The notes under the pieces were generated by a model, which saw only the letters and a list, made by a program, of their open reading frames with translations, was not told the DNA's origin and did not search any database. The position numbers and the translations under genes were made by a program. A DNA stretch of 64,000 nucleotides from Planctomycetota bacterium (lineage in GTDB: Bacteria > Planctomycetota > GCA-002687715 > DRQF01): NCBI GenBank assembly GCA_027001995.1, contig JALTLO010000177.1, positions 11,193 through 75,192 of the forward strand. The letters run 5' to 3'. Shown here piece after piece: positions 46,631-56,561 of the stretch. The stretch's first letter is position 1, and every line of letters starts with the position of its first letter.

Positions 46631-47772
46631 CGCGCAATCTCCTGTCTAGCCCAAGCATCGGCCTCGAGAATTTCTTCGAGGTTTGGTTCTTGCTTAGGTG
46701 TGTGTCTTTCCATCACTTGGGCGACGGAATCAAAAATTTGTTGGAAACCGATTTTGCCCGCCATGAAACCAGCGACGGCTTCTTCGTTAGCGGCGTTCAG
46801 GACTGAGCCATAGGTGCCGCCTTGTTCGGCAGCAAAGAAACCTAAGGAAAGGGAAGTGAACTTCTCTAAATCGGGGGTATAGAAATTCAGGTTGTTGAAC
46901 AATTCTGGGGAATAAGTTTCGACAGTGCCCGTCAATCGGTCTGGATAGGTCATGGCATACTGAATCGGTATTTTCATGCTCGGTGCTCCCATTTGGGAGA
47001 TGACAGATCCGTCTTTCCAAAGCACCATGGAATGCACGATGGACTGGGGATGAACAACCACATCGATTTGTTCTCTTGGAACATCAAACAGCCAACGGGC
47101 CTCAATGATCTCCAATGCTTTGTTGAACATGGTTGCCGAATCGATGGTGATTTTTGGCCCCATGGTCCAGGTGGGGTGTTTGAGGGCCCGCTCCAAAGTA
47201 ACGTGAGCGAAGTCTTCTTTGGGTAGTTGACGAAAAGGACCCCCGGAGGCCGTTAGGATCAGCTTGCCAACGTCCTTGGCTTGACCACTTAAGAGGCATT
47301 GGAACAGGGCGCTGTGCTCGCTGTCCACGGGGATGATCTCTGTTTGTTTCTTTTTGGCCATGGCGTTGAGCAAAGGGCCAGCCATGACCATGGATTCTTT
47401 GTTGGCCAAGCCCAAACGGTGTCCTGCACTAAGTGCGCCCAGACTCACAGGAAGTCCTTGGGCCCCGGTGATACCGGAGATGACAATACCGATGTCTGGG
47501 CGACTGGCGGCTTCTTGCAATCCTTCAGGCCCCGCCAGGATCTCGAACTCGTTCTGATTTGCTCCCAAGGCCTCTTTGAGTCCCGTTTCCGATTCGAGGC
47601 GGCCAACCACCAAGATTTGCGGGCGGAACTCCAGGGCTTGTTTTGCCAGCTCTTCAACGCTGGTGCCCGCTGCCAAGATCGTGATCTGGAAGAGTCCTTG
47701 GTGAGAGCGGACAATGTCCAATGTACTCTGGCCGATTGAGCCAGTTGATCCGAATACAGCGATCTTCTTCAT
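46621..47772 (-). CDS. dxr: 1-deoxy-D-xylulose-5-phosphate reductoisomerase
   Basis: MKKIAVFGSTGSIGQSTLDIV, LANKESMVMAG and PVDSEHSALFQCL. ORF 46621..48039 trimmed to the ATG at 47772. The 3' end overlaps the rseP start by 10 nt. Confidence 0.93.
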   Translation of the reverse strand: MKKIAVFGSTGSIGQSTLDIVRSHQGLFQITILAAGTSVEELAKQALEFRPQILVVGRLESETGLKEALGANQNEFEILAGPEGLQEAASRPDIGIVISGITGAQGLPVSLGALSAGHRLGLANKESMVMAGPLLNAMAKKKQTEIIPVDSEHSALFQCLLSGQAKDVGKLILTASGGPFRQLPKEDFAHVTLERALKHPTWTMGPKITIDSATMFNKALEIIEARWLFDVPREQIDVVVHPQSIVHSMVLWKDGSVISQMGAPSMKIPIQYAMTYPDRLTGTVETYSPELFNNLNFYTPDLEKFTSLSLGFFAAEQGGTYGSVLNAANEEAVAGFMAGKIGFQQIFDSVAQVMERHTPKQEPNLEEILEADAWARQEIARCY

Positions 47773-47972
47773 GGACCCTTGACCGATTCTGGGTGATAGA
47801 GGATAAAGTCTTTGCAGCCCTCGATTTAGAGCCTGCCATAAGCCCAAGTATAGCACTGTGAGAAACGAAGACAACGGGATGCTCCGGGCATGGCACAGGG
47901 ATTGCGAATCATGGGGCAAGAACTCTCTGGCCTCAGGTCCGGGGAATCTCGTATTTAACGGCTTCCTTACCT

Positions 47973-48941
47973 TTGAGACCATGGAGGATGGGAGCGAAGG
48001 AATGTCTTTCACAAGGTGGATCTTGCGCAATGTCACCAATCGGTAACGAATCCGAATTTCCCTTCTTGGGCAGGCTCCAAACTGACAAGGAGGGCATCTT
48101 GCCTGTTATCTCCCGTGGAGGGCGAGTTTTCACCATTGAATGGCCACGAAACAGGGACAGTTGGTCTTTGGCATTTCGTCAAGGAACAGCGGGACTTGAA
48201 TCCCTGGCGAGATTCATTCTGGAGGATACCCGTTGGCAGACTTCCGCCTCGGACCTGGGAGATGAAGTCGAGTTGCGGTCAAACTTGTTGCCAATCCTTT
48301 GTTCTCCAGGAAAAATAGTGGCTTTGGGGAGGACTTTCCCCGCCCATGCTGTGGAGTTGGGTAATGAACCGATCAAGGAGCCCCTCATCTTCAATAAGCT
48401 GAGTGAGAATATTGTTGGCGACGGTGATGAGCTTGTCATTCCTTGGGTACAGGGAGAACGCTTTGACAATGAGATCGAATTAGGAATTCTGATTGGAAAG
48501 CCTCTTCATTTTGCCAGTCAAGAAGAGGCAGAGCAGGCTTTCTTCGGATGGTGCCAGATCAACGATTTTACTTGGCGCAGTGAACAGGGCAGAGCCAAAG
48601 GGAAAGGGGCACCCTGGTTTGTTGCGAAGAACTTGCCTCGATGCTTACCCCTAGGAAAGCGTTTGGTTCTTGCCTCCTCAGAGCTAGACCCATGCTCATG
48701 GCGTTTCACCTGCAAGATCAACGGAACTCAAGTGCAGCAAGGGGATTTTGCTGGCATAGGACAAGAGCCTGGGGCACTGATTTCTTGGCTTTCCCGGCAA
48801 TTACCTTTGCATCCAGGGGATCTGATCGCTTTAGGAACACCGAAGGGGGTCACATCCGTGAAACCCGGGGACATGGTGACGACGGCCATTGAAAACTTAG
48901 GAACGCTGACTCATCAGATAGCGGCAGGAAGCCAACAATGA
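47973..48941 (+). CDS. Fumarylacetoacetate hydrolase (FAH) family protein
   Basis: GRTFPAHAVELGNEPIKEPLIFNK, FDNEIELGILIGKPL and GDLIALGTPKGV. The start is uncertain (ATG 47973 or 48030). Confidence 0.75.
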   Translation: MRPWRMGAKECLSQGGSCAMSPIGNESEFPFLGRLQTDKEGILPVISRGGRVFTIEWPRNRDSWSLAFRQGTAGLESLARFILEDTRWQTSASDLGDEVELRSNLLPILCSPGKIVALGRTFPAHAVELGNEPIKEPLIFNKLSENIVGDGDELVIPWVQGERFDNEIELGILIGKPLHFASQEEAEQAFFGWCQINDFTWRSEQGRAKGKGAPWFVAKNLPRCLPLGKRLVLASSELDPCSWRFTCKINGTQVQQGDFAGIGQEPGALISWLSRQLPLHPGDLIALGTPKGVTSVKPGDMVTTAIENLGTLTHQIAAGSQQ

Positions 48942-50461
48942 ACAAAATTATCTATATCGCAGTCATGGGGTCCTTCTTCGTGTTGACGCTTTTCGGCCAA
49001 GAAACAGAGGTCCAGGCCGAGAAACTCTATAGGGAGGCACGCTACCAAAAGGCCGTATCAGCCTATGAGAAGCTGATCACCAAGGAAGGGCGAAAGCCGA
49101 GTCTCTTGCTGGGCTTGGGAAAGAGCCTTTTTGGTTTGAAAGAAACACGCAGGTCCCAAGCTCTGTTTCAAGAGGTGATTGGGGAGGATGATTCCATTGG
49201 TGCTGCACACTATTGGATGGGCCGTGTTTTAAGTCAGCAGGCTCTGGATGGCATTGAGGCTGGGCGTCTTTTGGCGTCGGCCGATTTGCGGGATGCCGTT
49301 AGCTTCTATCGGGCAGCCTCAAGTCGAGAGAAAGATCCGTTTCGCTCCCATTTTGCTGCTGGTCGCGCGCTTATGTACCTCTTAGATTTTGATGGCGCGA
49401 TCCAAGAGCTTCAAGCGGCGAGACGAATTCGTCCTAAGAATCGTGATGTGATGGACCACCTTTTGGGGGCCTTTTATCGGGGTGAGCGATTCGACGAGTT
49501 TCTCCGTGTGGCGCGGGAAGAGAAAATTCCTATGGATCCAATGCGGGAACTTGATGCTGTTCTTCGGCTGGGCCGAATTGAAGAAGCGAAGAGACTTTTC
49601 GTTGGGCTTATTGAAAAGCAGGGCTTTGCTGGACGTAAGGAGCCTTACAACGTCTTGCTGAAGGTGGGTGAAGATAGCAAGAGACTTCCGGCGATCATCG
49701 AGATTCTTCAAGCGCTTCGAGCCAAAGTCCCAGATGAACATTTTGCTTCTTTTTATCTGGGGTATTTTCAGGGATTGGCTGGCGACTATGTTGGGGCCGA
49801 AAGGAACTTGAAGGCCCACTTGAAGATCATGGAATCCAGCTGGATGGCCAGGGTTTATTTGGCGTCCGCCTTGCGGCTTGATGGGAAGCTGGAGGCAGCA
49901 GATAAGGAGATCCGTTTAGCCCTGGCGCGAGTGCCTGAGGCTCCTTTGGCTCAGGAGGGGGCATCCATGGTTGTGGGAGCTTGGGTCAACAAGAAAGAAT
50001 TTGAGCGGGCTCTCAGTTTGCATTCTCTTCTTCTCAAAGGGCAAACATCGGCGGCAACCCGGCGAAATCACGCCATTTTGCTGAAAGAAACTGGTCGACT
50101 CAAGGAAGCGATTGCCATACTCCAGGAACTCTGTAATGAGGAAGACGTGGAAGGATTTCGGCTTTCCAAGTTCTGGAATGACCTTGGGCTTTGCCTCAAA
50201 GGCGATGGGCAGCGGGAAAAAGCCAAGGCTGCTTTGCTGAAAGCCACAGAAATCTTCGAGTTTAACGGGGATGCCTGGGAAAACCTGGGGGTAATAGAGT
50301 TCGAGAATAAGGACTATGACGCAGCCCAAAATTCCTTGAAAACGGCCATCAGGGTTCGCCTGGCGGAAGATAGCCAAAATAAGAAGAATAACTGGCGCGC
50401 TCGCTACTATCTGAAATTGGTGAAAAGTGCGAGAATAAGCGTATCGAAGGGAGACTTATAG
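48938..50461 (+). CDS. Secreted TPR-repeat protein
   Basis: The ATG overlaps the FAH stop (ATGA). Signal-like N-terminus IIYIAVMGSFFVLTLFG. Repeated TPR-like A..Y/A..L helices run throughout. Confidence 0.6.
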   Translation: MNKIIYIAVMGSFFVLTLFGQETEVQAEKLYREARYQKAVSAYEKLITKEGRKPSLLLGLGKSLFGLKETRRSQALFQEVIGEDDSIGAAHYWMGRVLSQQALDGIEAGRLLASADLRDAVSFYRAASSREKDPFRSHFAAGRALMYLLDFDGAIQELQAARRIRPKNRDVMDHLLGAFYRGERFDEFLRVAREEKIPMDPMRELDAVLRLGRIEEAKRLFVGLIEKQGFAGRKEPYNVLLKVGEDSKRLPAIIEILQALRAKVPDEHFASFYLGYFQGLAGDYVGAERNLKAHLKIMESSWMARVYLASALRLDGKLEAADKEIRLALARVPEAPLAQEGASMVVGAWVNKKEFERALSLHSLLLKGQTSAATRRNHAILLKETGRLKEAIAILQELCNEEDVEGFRLSKFWNDLGLCLKGDGQREKAKAALLKATEIFEFNGDAWENLGVIEFENKDYDAAQNSLKTAIRVRLAEDSQNKKNNWRARYYLKLVKSARISVSKGDL

Positions 50462-50653
50462 TCGTCCCAAAGATAGCAAAAACAATCATCGTGGTATTGG
50501 ACTCGCCAAGAGGCTATGAAGGGCGTATCAAGGACACAGGTGCTATGATGATTGGGATAGACCGTATCTGTTATTTTGGCAGAGCTTGACTTGTCGAGCT
50601 CGAACACAAATTCAGCCTTCGATCTTGAATTGACGAAGGGGAGACTCTGACAC

Positions 50654-52201
50654 ATGAGACGTTTCATTTGCCCGTTGATCTTGGCTTTTTTTTGTTGCGT
50701 GGCGGCATTGCCGACATTTGCTCAAAACGAAGAAAGTAAGGAAGAGACAAAAGCTCCGAACAAGGCCAAGCTTTCTCAAGAAGACATCGCCTATTTTGAG
50801 CCCTTGTTGAGAGCCTATTTGGACGCAGAAGGACGCGCCGATATCGCCGAGGCCAAAGCAAGCATTTTACAAGCTATGGACGACTATGCTGAGAAGAACA
50901 AAGTGTCTTCTCCAGTGGCTGACTATCAAGCTTGGGTGGATATGTTCGGGCGCTACAACAAAGAGACTTTCACTCGCAAGAAAGTTTATGCCACCGGCCG
51001 AATCAAAACAGAACAGTTCGTCCTTTCTCGTAACGGCGATCATTATCTCTACGAGTACAGTGTGTTCGTCCCACGAGACTATGACCCGGCGAAGTCTTGG
51101 CCTGTTCTTCTTTGCCTTCATGACAAAGAAGCCAAAGGATTAGGCAAGGGTTACATCCAGAAGGTGTGGCAGGGAACTAAAGAGTCAAAGCTTCTGTGCG
51201 AGAACTTTATTATTATCGTTCCTCATATTCCCAAGAAACTTCTCAAGAAGAAAATCAAAGTCACGATCGCCGGCAAGAAAACTTCAGTTAAGAGTACAGT
51301 CAAGAGACTCGATTGGTTTAATAGCTATCACCTTTGGGCCATGGTCCTTCCATTGGTTGAGATGCGCAAGAACTACAACTGCGATCCGACACGCATCTTT
51401 ATCGAAGGTGTGGGGGATGGGGCGGACGCGGCTTTGTCCCTTGCAGCCATGATGCCTGGACGTTTCGCCGGTGTTATCGCCAGACACGGAAAACTGCGGA
51501 CACCACGATTGCTCACCGGGCTCCAGCACACTCCAACTTTGATCTTGGCCAGGGAAGAGGGCAAGTTTGCCAAAGGTCCAGGTAAGGAATTTCTTGAGAT
51601 TGCCAATGAAGCAACAAAGGGTGACGTTCAATACGACTCTTTGGAGGTCGTCAAATTCCCATCTCTTGGTAAGAAGAAGATCTCCTTGAAGAAGCTTGCC
51701 AATCAAAAGGTTGATCCAATCTTGGAGGCGAACGAGCAGATTGCCACTTACTTGACCAAGCACGTTCTTGATCCCAATCCAAAGAAAGTCAGGATCACGA
51801 GCAACAATCGGGTCTTCCGCTTGCACCCTTTGCTGAAAGTGACTGAGCACGATATCGCCGCAGGAAATATCCTCGATTGCATCGCAACTTTCGACAAAGA
51901 GAAAAACACTGTTGAGCTGACCGGTGAGAATTTTTATGGCGTGTCCTTGTTCATCAGTGACGCCGTTCTTGACCTGAGTAAACCAGTTCAGGTTTTGGTC
52001 AATGGCCGTCAAGTAGACGCCCGCATCCCCGATCGCAATGCGGCCAAGATGCTGAGCACGTTCCGCAACGCCAAGACCGATTTTCACCGTGCGATGACCT
52101 GCAATATCGTTGTGCCTCGATTTACACTTGAAGTCGAAGAAGACGAGAAAAAGGAAGGCGAGAAGAAAGCGGGCGAAAAAGAATCTGGGGAGAAAAACTA
52201 A
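50654..52201 (+). CDS. Secreted alpha/beta-hydrolase-like (esterase-fold) protein with Lys/Glu-rich tail
   Basis: Signal peptide ICPLILAFFCCVAALPTFAQ. WPVLLCLHDKEAKGLG and RIFIEGVGDGADAALSLAAMMPGRFAGVIARHG resemble the esterase/PHB-depolymerase fold, but the nucleophile elbow lacks Ser. C-terminal tail EEDEKKEGEKKAGEKESGEKN. Confidence 0.4.
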   Translation: MRRFICPLILAFFCCVAALPTFAQNEESKEETKAPNKAKLSQEDIAYFEPLLRAYLDAEGRADIAEAKASILQAMDDYAEKNKVSSPVADYQAWVDMFGRYNKETFTRKKVYATGRIKTEQFVLSRNGDHYLYEYSVFVPRDYDPAKSWPVLLCLHDKEAKGLGKGYIQKVWQGTKESKLLCENFIIIVPHIPKKLLKKKIKVTIAGKKTSVKSTVKRLDWFNSYHLWAMVLPLVEMRKNYNCDPTRIFIEGVGDGADAALSLAAMMPGRFAGVIARHGKLRTPRLLTGLQHTPTLILAREEGKFAKGPGKEFLEIANEATKGDVQYDSLEVVKFPSLGKKKISLKKLANQKVDPILEANEQIATYLTKHVLDPNPKKVRITSNNRVFRLHPLLKVTEHDIAAGNILDCIATFDKEKNTVELTGENFYGVSLFISDAVLDLSKPVQVLVNGRQVDARIPDRNAAKMLSTFRNAKTDFHRAMTCNIVVPRFTLEVEEDEKKEGEKKAGEKESGEKN

Positions 52202-52204
52202 GTC

Positions 52205-53803
52205 GTGACTGATTCCGAAGTCGAGGCTCCAATACAGGGGAGCGCAAACCTTGGACTCCTCTTAGCTGTCGCGTTTTTTGCCGGAGCGGGCACTATGCTC
52301 CTGGAGGTCTTGGCACCCCGGGTGATGCAGCCTTATTTTGGTGCCTCCACCTTCGTATGGACCAACGTCATCGGCGTCATCCTCTTGGTCATGGCCTTGG
52401 GGTATAATCTTGGCGGCAGGCTTTCTGAACGGGATGGAGGTTTGCTGAGAATTGCTGGGACACTGGGAGGGGCAGCCCTCTTGATTGTCTTGATCAGACC
52501 CTTATTCCCCTTTGTCGCTGAATTTTTACTGCCGAGTGCCGAGAGTTTAGCCAATTCCGACGATGCCCGTAGTCGCTTGGAATGGGGCTCTCTTGTTGCT
52601 GCGGTCTTCCTGTTTTGTCCTCCAGTCTTGCTGTTAGCGACGATTACTCCTCAGCTTGTACAACAAGTGCACCTCAGTGGGCTGACGGTTGGCAGGGCCT
52701 CTGGCCGTGTCTTCATGTGGGGAACTTTGGGAAGCCTCTTCGGCACTTTCCTGCCTACTTACTGGTTGGTCCCTTCTTTTGGCACATCCGTTAGTCTTTA
52801 TGTTGCCACGACTTTTCTTTTGATCCCTTCAGCCCTTCTTTTCGTTGGCAACAAGAAAACGACTGTGGCATCGTCCTTCATGGTGCTGGCTGCTTTCCTG
52901 ATATTGGGAGGATCTTCCTTTCGTTCCACAATCCGCCCGGCCTTGGTTGGCGAAGAGGTCCTTTTGGAAGAAGAGAGCCGCTATCAGTACCTACGGTTGG
53001 TGAGGCGGCATGCTGTGGAAGACAGCAACGTGATGGAGACGAAGCTCTGTTTGGATGAGGGTCTGCTCGACTTTCACAGCGTTGACTGTGAAGGAAAAGT
53101 CGGGACGTTGGGGAAGTACTACGACTATTTCGCCTTGTTGCCGACGGCGTTTCCCAAGGACAGGAAATTGAGAATCTTGGTGCTGGGAAGCGAAAAAAGC
53201 AATATGTCTTCGATGCTCTGTTCTTTTTGGCCTGATCGCGTCGAGCGCATCGTTGACGTGGAGATTGATCCCCGTGTCATTGCCATGGCCAAAAAACTGG
53301 GCCAGGAAAGAGACCCACGAATCGAGTCTGTCGCTATGGACGCCCGGGCCTATGCACGACTTACCAAGGAAACCTTCGATTTGATCCTGGTGGATGCATA
53401 TGCTCGGCAAGTTGACATTCCTTTTCACATGACCACCGTTGAGTTCTTCCACTCCCTGTCAGAGATTCTTACTGACGACGGCATCGTTGCTTTGAATGTC
53501 AGCGTCAAGAATGTGGAAGCAGAGCTGACTCAAGCCCTTTTTTTGTCTATGAGCTCGGGGGGGCTCAGTGGTCTCCACAGTGTCTGGGTTCGCTATTGGG
53601 GCAATCGGATGTTATGGGGTTCGAAACGCTCAAATGCGGCTGTTCTTGGGCCAGAATCAGTACATCCAGAACTCACAGGAGTCTTGAGGCATGCTTTGCG
53701 TGCTCAGATTCCAGCTCAAGTGGATGAATCCGCGGTTCGCTTGACTGATGATCATGCTCCCGTAGAGCTTTTGACGCGTAAGACTCTGACGAAAGGGGAA
53801 TAG
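52205..53803 (+). CDS. Fused polytopic-membrane / spermidine-synthase-like protein
   Basis: The N-terminal ~230 aa carry several TM helices. The C-terminal domain has IVDVEIDPRVIAMAKK and FDLILVDAY....IPFHMTTVEFF, typical of aminopropyltransferase-like folds. GTG start 3 nt after the preceding stop. Confidence 0.65.
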   Translation: MTDSEVEAPIQGSANLGLLLAVAFFAGAGTMLLEVLAPRVMQPYFGASTFVWTNVIGVILLVMALGYNLGGRLSERDGGLLRIAGTLGGAALLIVLIRPLFPFVAEFLLPSAESLANSDDARSRLEWGSLVAAVFLFCPPVLLLATITPQLVQQVHLSGLTVGRASGRVFMWGTLGSLFGTFLPTYWLVPSFGTSVSLYVATTFLLIPSALLFVGNKKTTVASSFMVLAAFLILGGSSFRSTIRPALVGEEVLLEEESRYQYLRLVRRHAVEDSNVMETKLCLDEGLLDFHSVDCEGKVGTLGKYYDYFALLPTAFPKDRKLRILVLGSEKSNMSSMLCSFWPDRVERIVDVEIDPRVIAMAKKLGQERDPRIESVAMDARAYARLTKETFDLILVDAYARQVDIPFHMTTVEFFHSLSEILTDDGIVALNVSVKNVEAELTQALFLSMSSGGLSGLHSVWVRYWGNRMLWGSKRSNAAVLGPESVHPELTGVLRHALRAQIPAQVDESAVRLTDDHAPVELLTRKTLTKGE

Positions 53804-53805
53804 GA

Positions 53806-54357
53806 GTGAGAATCCTCTTTCTGTCTTCGGTCCTTCTTCTTGCATTTACCATCTTTCCTTTGGGGCAGCTCCATGGGCAAAAGTTTCAGAACACCTACGA
53901 GTCCTTGAGCCAACTTTATCAACAGGCTGCACGGCCGGCGGAAGAGATGGAAGCACGGGTCAAGGTGGACAAAAAAAATCCCTTGGTTTGGCATTTCTAC
54001 GGCCTCTCCATGGATGAATTGGGCAACGAAAAAGCGGCTCTTGAAGCTTTGGAAAAGGCTCGCGATTTGGACCCCCGGCAAGCCTGGCATGTCCAGAGTT
54101 TGGCGGAACATTATTTCGGCGTTGGTGATTTCGAACAAAGCCAGCGGTTTTATCGTTTGGCTATTTCCCTGGAGACCAGGCCCCAGGTTGTTGTCAACCT
54201 GAAGACTTCCTTGGCGCAGGCAGAAAAAAGAGCCTTGGTGGATGCCCGTCTGCGTGATGAAGAACAGGCTGCAATCTCGCATACCTGGCTCATAGGCCTT
54301 CTTGGAATCGCCTTGCTGGGAGTTTTTGTGGTGGTGGCACCTCGATTGACGAGGTGA
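53806..54357 (+). CDS. Small TPR protein with signal peptide and C-terminal TM anchor
   Basis: GTG start 2 nt after the preceding stop, with AGGAG immediately upstream. TPR-like NEKAALEALEKARDLDP and GDFEQSQRFYRLAISL. C-terminal TM WLIGLLGIALLGVFVVV. Confidence 0.55.
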   Translation: MRILFLSSVLLLAFTIFPLGQLHGQKFQNTYESLSQLYQQAARPAEEMEARVKVDKKNPLVWHFYGLSMDELGNEKAALEALEKARDLDPRQAWHVQSLAEHYFGVGDFEQSQRFYRLAISLETRPQVVVNLKTSLAQAEKRALVDARLRDEEQAAISHTWLIGLLGIALLGVFVVVAPRLTR

Positions 54358-54415
54358 CTCGGCCTGGGAACCCGAAACGGTTTTGATTCCTTTCAATAGA
54401 CTGCATAGAACAAAA

Positions 54416-54449
54416 AAGTGCGAAGACCATGTTTGTGGTCTTCGCACTT
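54416..54449 (-). terminator. Rho-independent terminator for the minus-strand peroxidase-like gene, in a convergent gap
   Basis: 12-14 bp stem (A)AGTGCGAAGACCA / TGGTCTTCGCACT(T) with a 6-nt loop. The A-run at 54412..54417 gives a U-tract on the minus strand. Confidence 0.75.
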
Positions 54450-54528
54450 ATGAAAAGTTTCTCGTCTCTTCCTTGACCAGATTGGCTCACAGGAGTGAAG
54501 CAATCAAGAACAAGCTTTCTTCAATTCA

Positions 54529-56247
54529 CTATGGAAGGATGGTGAACAAAGCTGTGTCGGTCAAAGAGATGCCCAAGCCAGGATGAGTTACCCCAGTCAT
54601 TGGATCGGTCAAAGGAACAGGATCAGTCACGACCCACTGAGTGAAGAATGTCAGTCCAGCATAGAATGGGTTGTTGGCGATACCAGTTGAGACGGAACCA
54701 TAACCACTTCCCGGAACACCAAACGTACCCTTGAGGGTGATTTGTTGGATGAATGGTTGAAGTGGGCCAGATCCGACACCCAATGGGACAAAGCCAAAGA
54801 GTGTTTCGCCCAATGTGTTCGGGCTACCAGCAAGCAAGAATGCATCCATGGCTCCCCAGGCATTGTTCACGCCAATGGTGAAGAATGGGTGCTGCAAGTT
54901 GGCCGGTTGGTTGACGATGATCTGCGGCACAGTCTTGTTGGAATCGGCGAAACCACTTCCTGGAATGATGAAAGGCAGACCGACACCACTTTCACTGCGC
55001 AATGTAGGCCGACTGAAAACACCGGTTTCATTGGCAACACGAGGATCGGTAAGAGCGTTCATCAAGAAGTCTTCCATGGCGATTCTGTCACCAATGGTCA
55101 GACTCAAGAATTGCATTTGAGGATCAATGTTCTCGAAGAAGACACCACCAAGAGCATAGAAACTGATGACCTGATTCAGATCGGCGCCGAGAGCGTTACC
55201 GTCATGGAACAAGCGGCCAGAGCCTTGGTTTCTGATGCCGACGTTGCGCAAGGTCGGTGTCTTCATGCGGCCTTTGTCGCTGGCCAAACCCGTGACTTGC
55301 ATGCGTCCGGTGTCGTTGTTGGGATCGGTGATGCCGATGTTATGGAAATCGTCATCAGAGAAGAGATTTCCTGAGTGACATATGCCACAACGGCCTTTGG
55401 TCACGTCGTTGAAGACGCTCAATCCCATGCTTTGTGTTGCCGTCATGGTTCCCAAGTCGAATGGGGTTTGGTCTGCAACCAATGTACGCTCGTAAGTGGC
55501 GATAGCAAATGCAATGCGCTTGACTGTGACTGTCGCGTCACCGAATGCCGCAGTGAAAAGATCGGCATAGGTTGGATTGACTGCCAAGGCAGCGACAATA
55601 TCTGCGGGGAAATTGGTTGCCAAACGCAGGGGCTTGACCTTAGAAATTTTTTCTTCGATTTGAGCCCAATTGCGGTTTTCGTGGGCCATTTCGACATCTG
55701 AAACGGGAGGCCCAACAGCTTGGCTCTCGAGAGCACCGCCGGAAGCAATTTCGACAACGCCTGATACTGGGTTGACGAATTGGCTGCGAGCCCGGCCGTC
55801 CCAGAAGAGATCTGTGAAGAATGCTGCGTCGATCATCGTTGGTGTCTTGCGCCCGGTCCGTTGGACATCGGGGAAGAAGGTACCGTCGTTGATCATGTCA
55901 CCGTCCACAGTTGCGCGAATAACACCACGGGAGCCGATGACATCGTCGAAGTCGCCGAGAATGCCGTTGGCACCTGGGTGATTTGAGTTTGGCAGGTTGG
56001 ACCGAGGGTCACTACCGCCAGCGGCCGGAATGTGGCAAGTTCCGCAGGCTTGGGTGTTGGTGGAACTGAGTTGCTCGTCCCAGAAGAGGATTTTGCCCAA
56101 AACTGCTTTTGCTGCGGAAAAGGGATTTTCTGGGGGGAAGGAAACAACAGGGTAGTTGAGTGATGGAGACTGTGCGTTGAGACCGCTGGCAGCCACCAAG
56201 ACTAATAGCCCAAAAAGGGAAAGGAACTTTGTCCGATGGGTCGTCAT
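54529..56247 (-). CDS. Di-haem cytochrome c peroxidase / MauG-family protein with extra C-terminal domain
   Basis: Two haem-binding sites CGTCHIP and CGICHSG; signal peptide FLSLFGLLVLVAASGLNAQ. The ATG at 56247 is preceded by GGTGAGG; the ORF track opens at a GTG at 56259. Confidence 0.8.
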   Translation of the reverse strand: MTTHRTKFLSLFGLLVLVAASGLNAQSPSLNYPVVSFPPENPFSAAKAVLGKILFWDEQLSSTNTQACGTCHIPAAGGSDPRSNLPNSNHPGANGILGDFDDVIGSRGVIRATVDGDMINDGTFFPDVQRTGRKTPTMIDAAFFTDLFWDGRARSQFVNPVSGVVEIASGGALESQAVGPPVSDVEMAHENRNWAQIEEKISKVKPLRLATNFPADIVAALAVNPTYADLFTAAFGDATVTVKRIAFAIATYERTLVADQTPFDLGTMTATQSMGLSVFNDVTKGRCGICHSGNLFSDDDFHNIGITDPNNDTGRMQVTGLASDKGRMKTPTLRNVGIRNQGSGRLFHDGNALGADLNQVISFYALGGVFFENIDPQMQFLSLTIGDRIAMEDFLMNALTDPRVANETGVFSRPTLRSESGVGLPFIIPGSGFADSNKTVPQIIVNQPANLQHPFFTIGVNNAWGAMDAFLLAGSPNTLGETLFGFVPLGVGSGPLQPFIQQITLKGTFGVPGSGYGSVSTGIANNPFYAGLTFFTQWVVTDPVPLTDPMTGVTHPGLGISLTDTALFTILP

Positions 56248-56561
56248 ATAAAACCTCACCTAGGGTACTGCACTGCCGGCTTATTCCAGCAATGACAAAT
56301 TTCGGAACAACTTCTTGGAGTCCGATCGAATGAAATTATGGCAATGGGTGACGTGCCGGGTACTAAAAGGCTCATCACAATGTGCTTGAGTATAGGCATT
56401 TTGTTCGGGATTCACAGCATCCTTGAGAAATATTTGAGCTTGGGCCTGTTCCTCGCAAGTCTTTATTTGATAAAGCACTATGCATAAAAACCCTGATTTG
56501 ATGTCCTTTGAATTCCCTTCTGTGACAACTTGTACAGGGAGCCAATTGTTCACTGTTTTGG

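Noticed and set aside
47773-48039. 89-codon upstream extension of the dxr ORF
   Set aside because: Dxr proteins begin at the MKKIAVFGSTGSIG Rossmann motif. The extension is not Dxr-like and would consume the divergent promoter region.
50595-50615. Near-palindrome GAGCTTGAC-TT-GTCGAGCTC upstream of the 515-aa gene
   Set aside because: The loop is too short for a stable hairpin and there is one mismatch. It could be an operator, but a single occurrence cannot support a call.
53752-54447. 231-aa minus-strand ORF overlapping the small TPR gene
   Set aside because: The plus-strand ORF has a signal peptide, TPR-like helices, a C-terminal TM and a 2-nt junction to the upstream gene. The minus-strand product has no features, and the terminator hairpin at 54416..54449 lies inside it.
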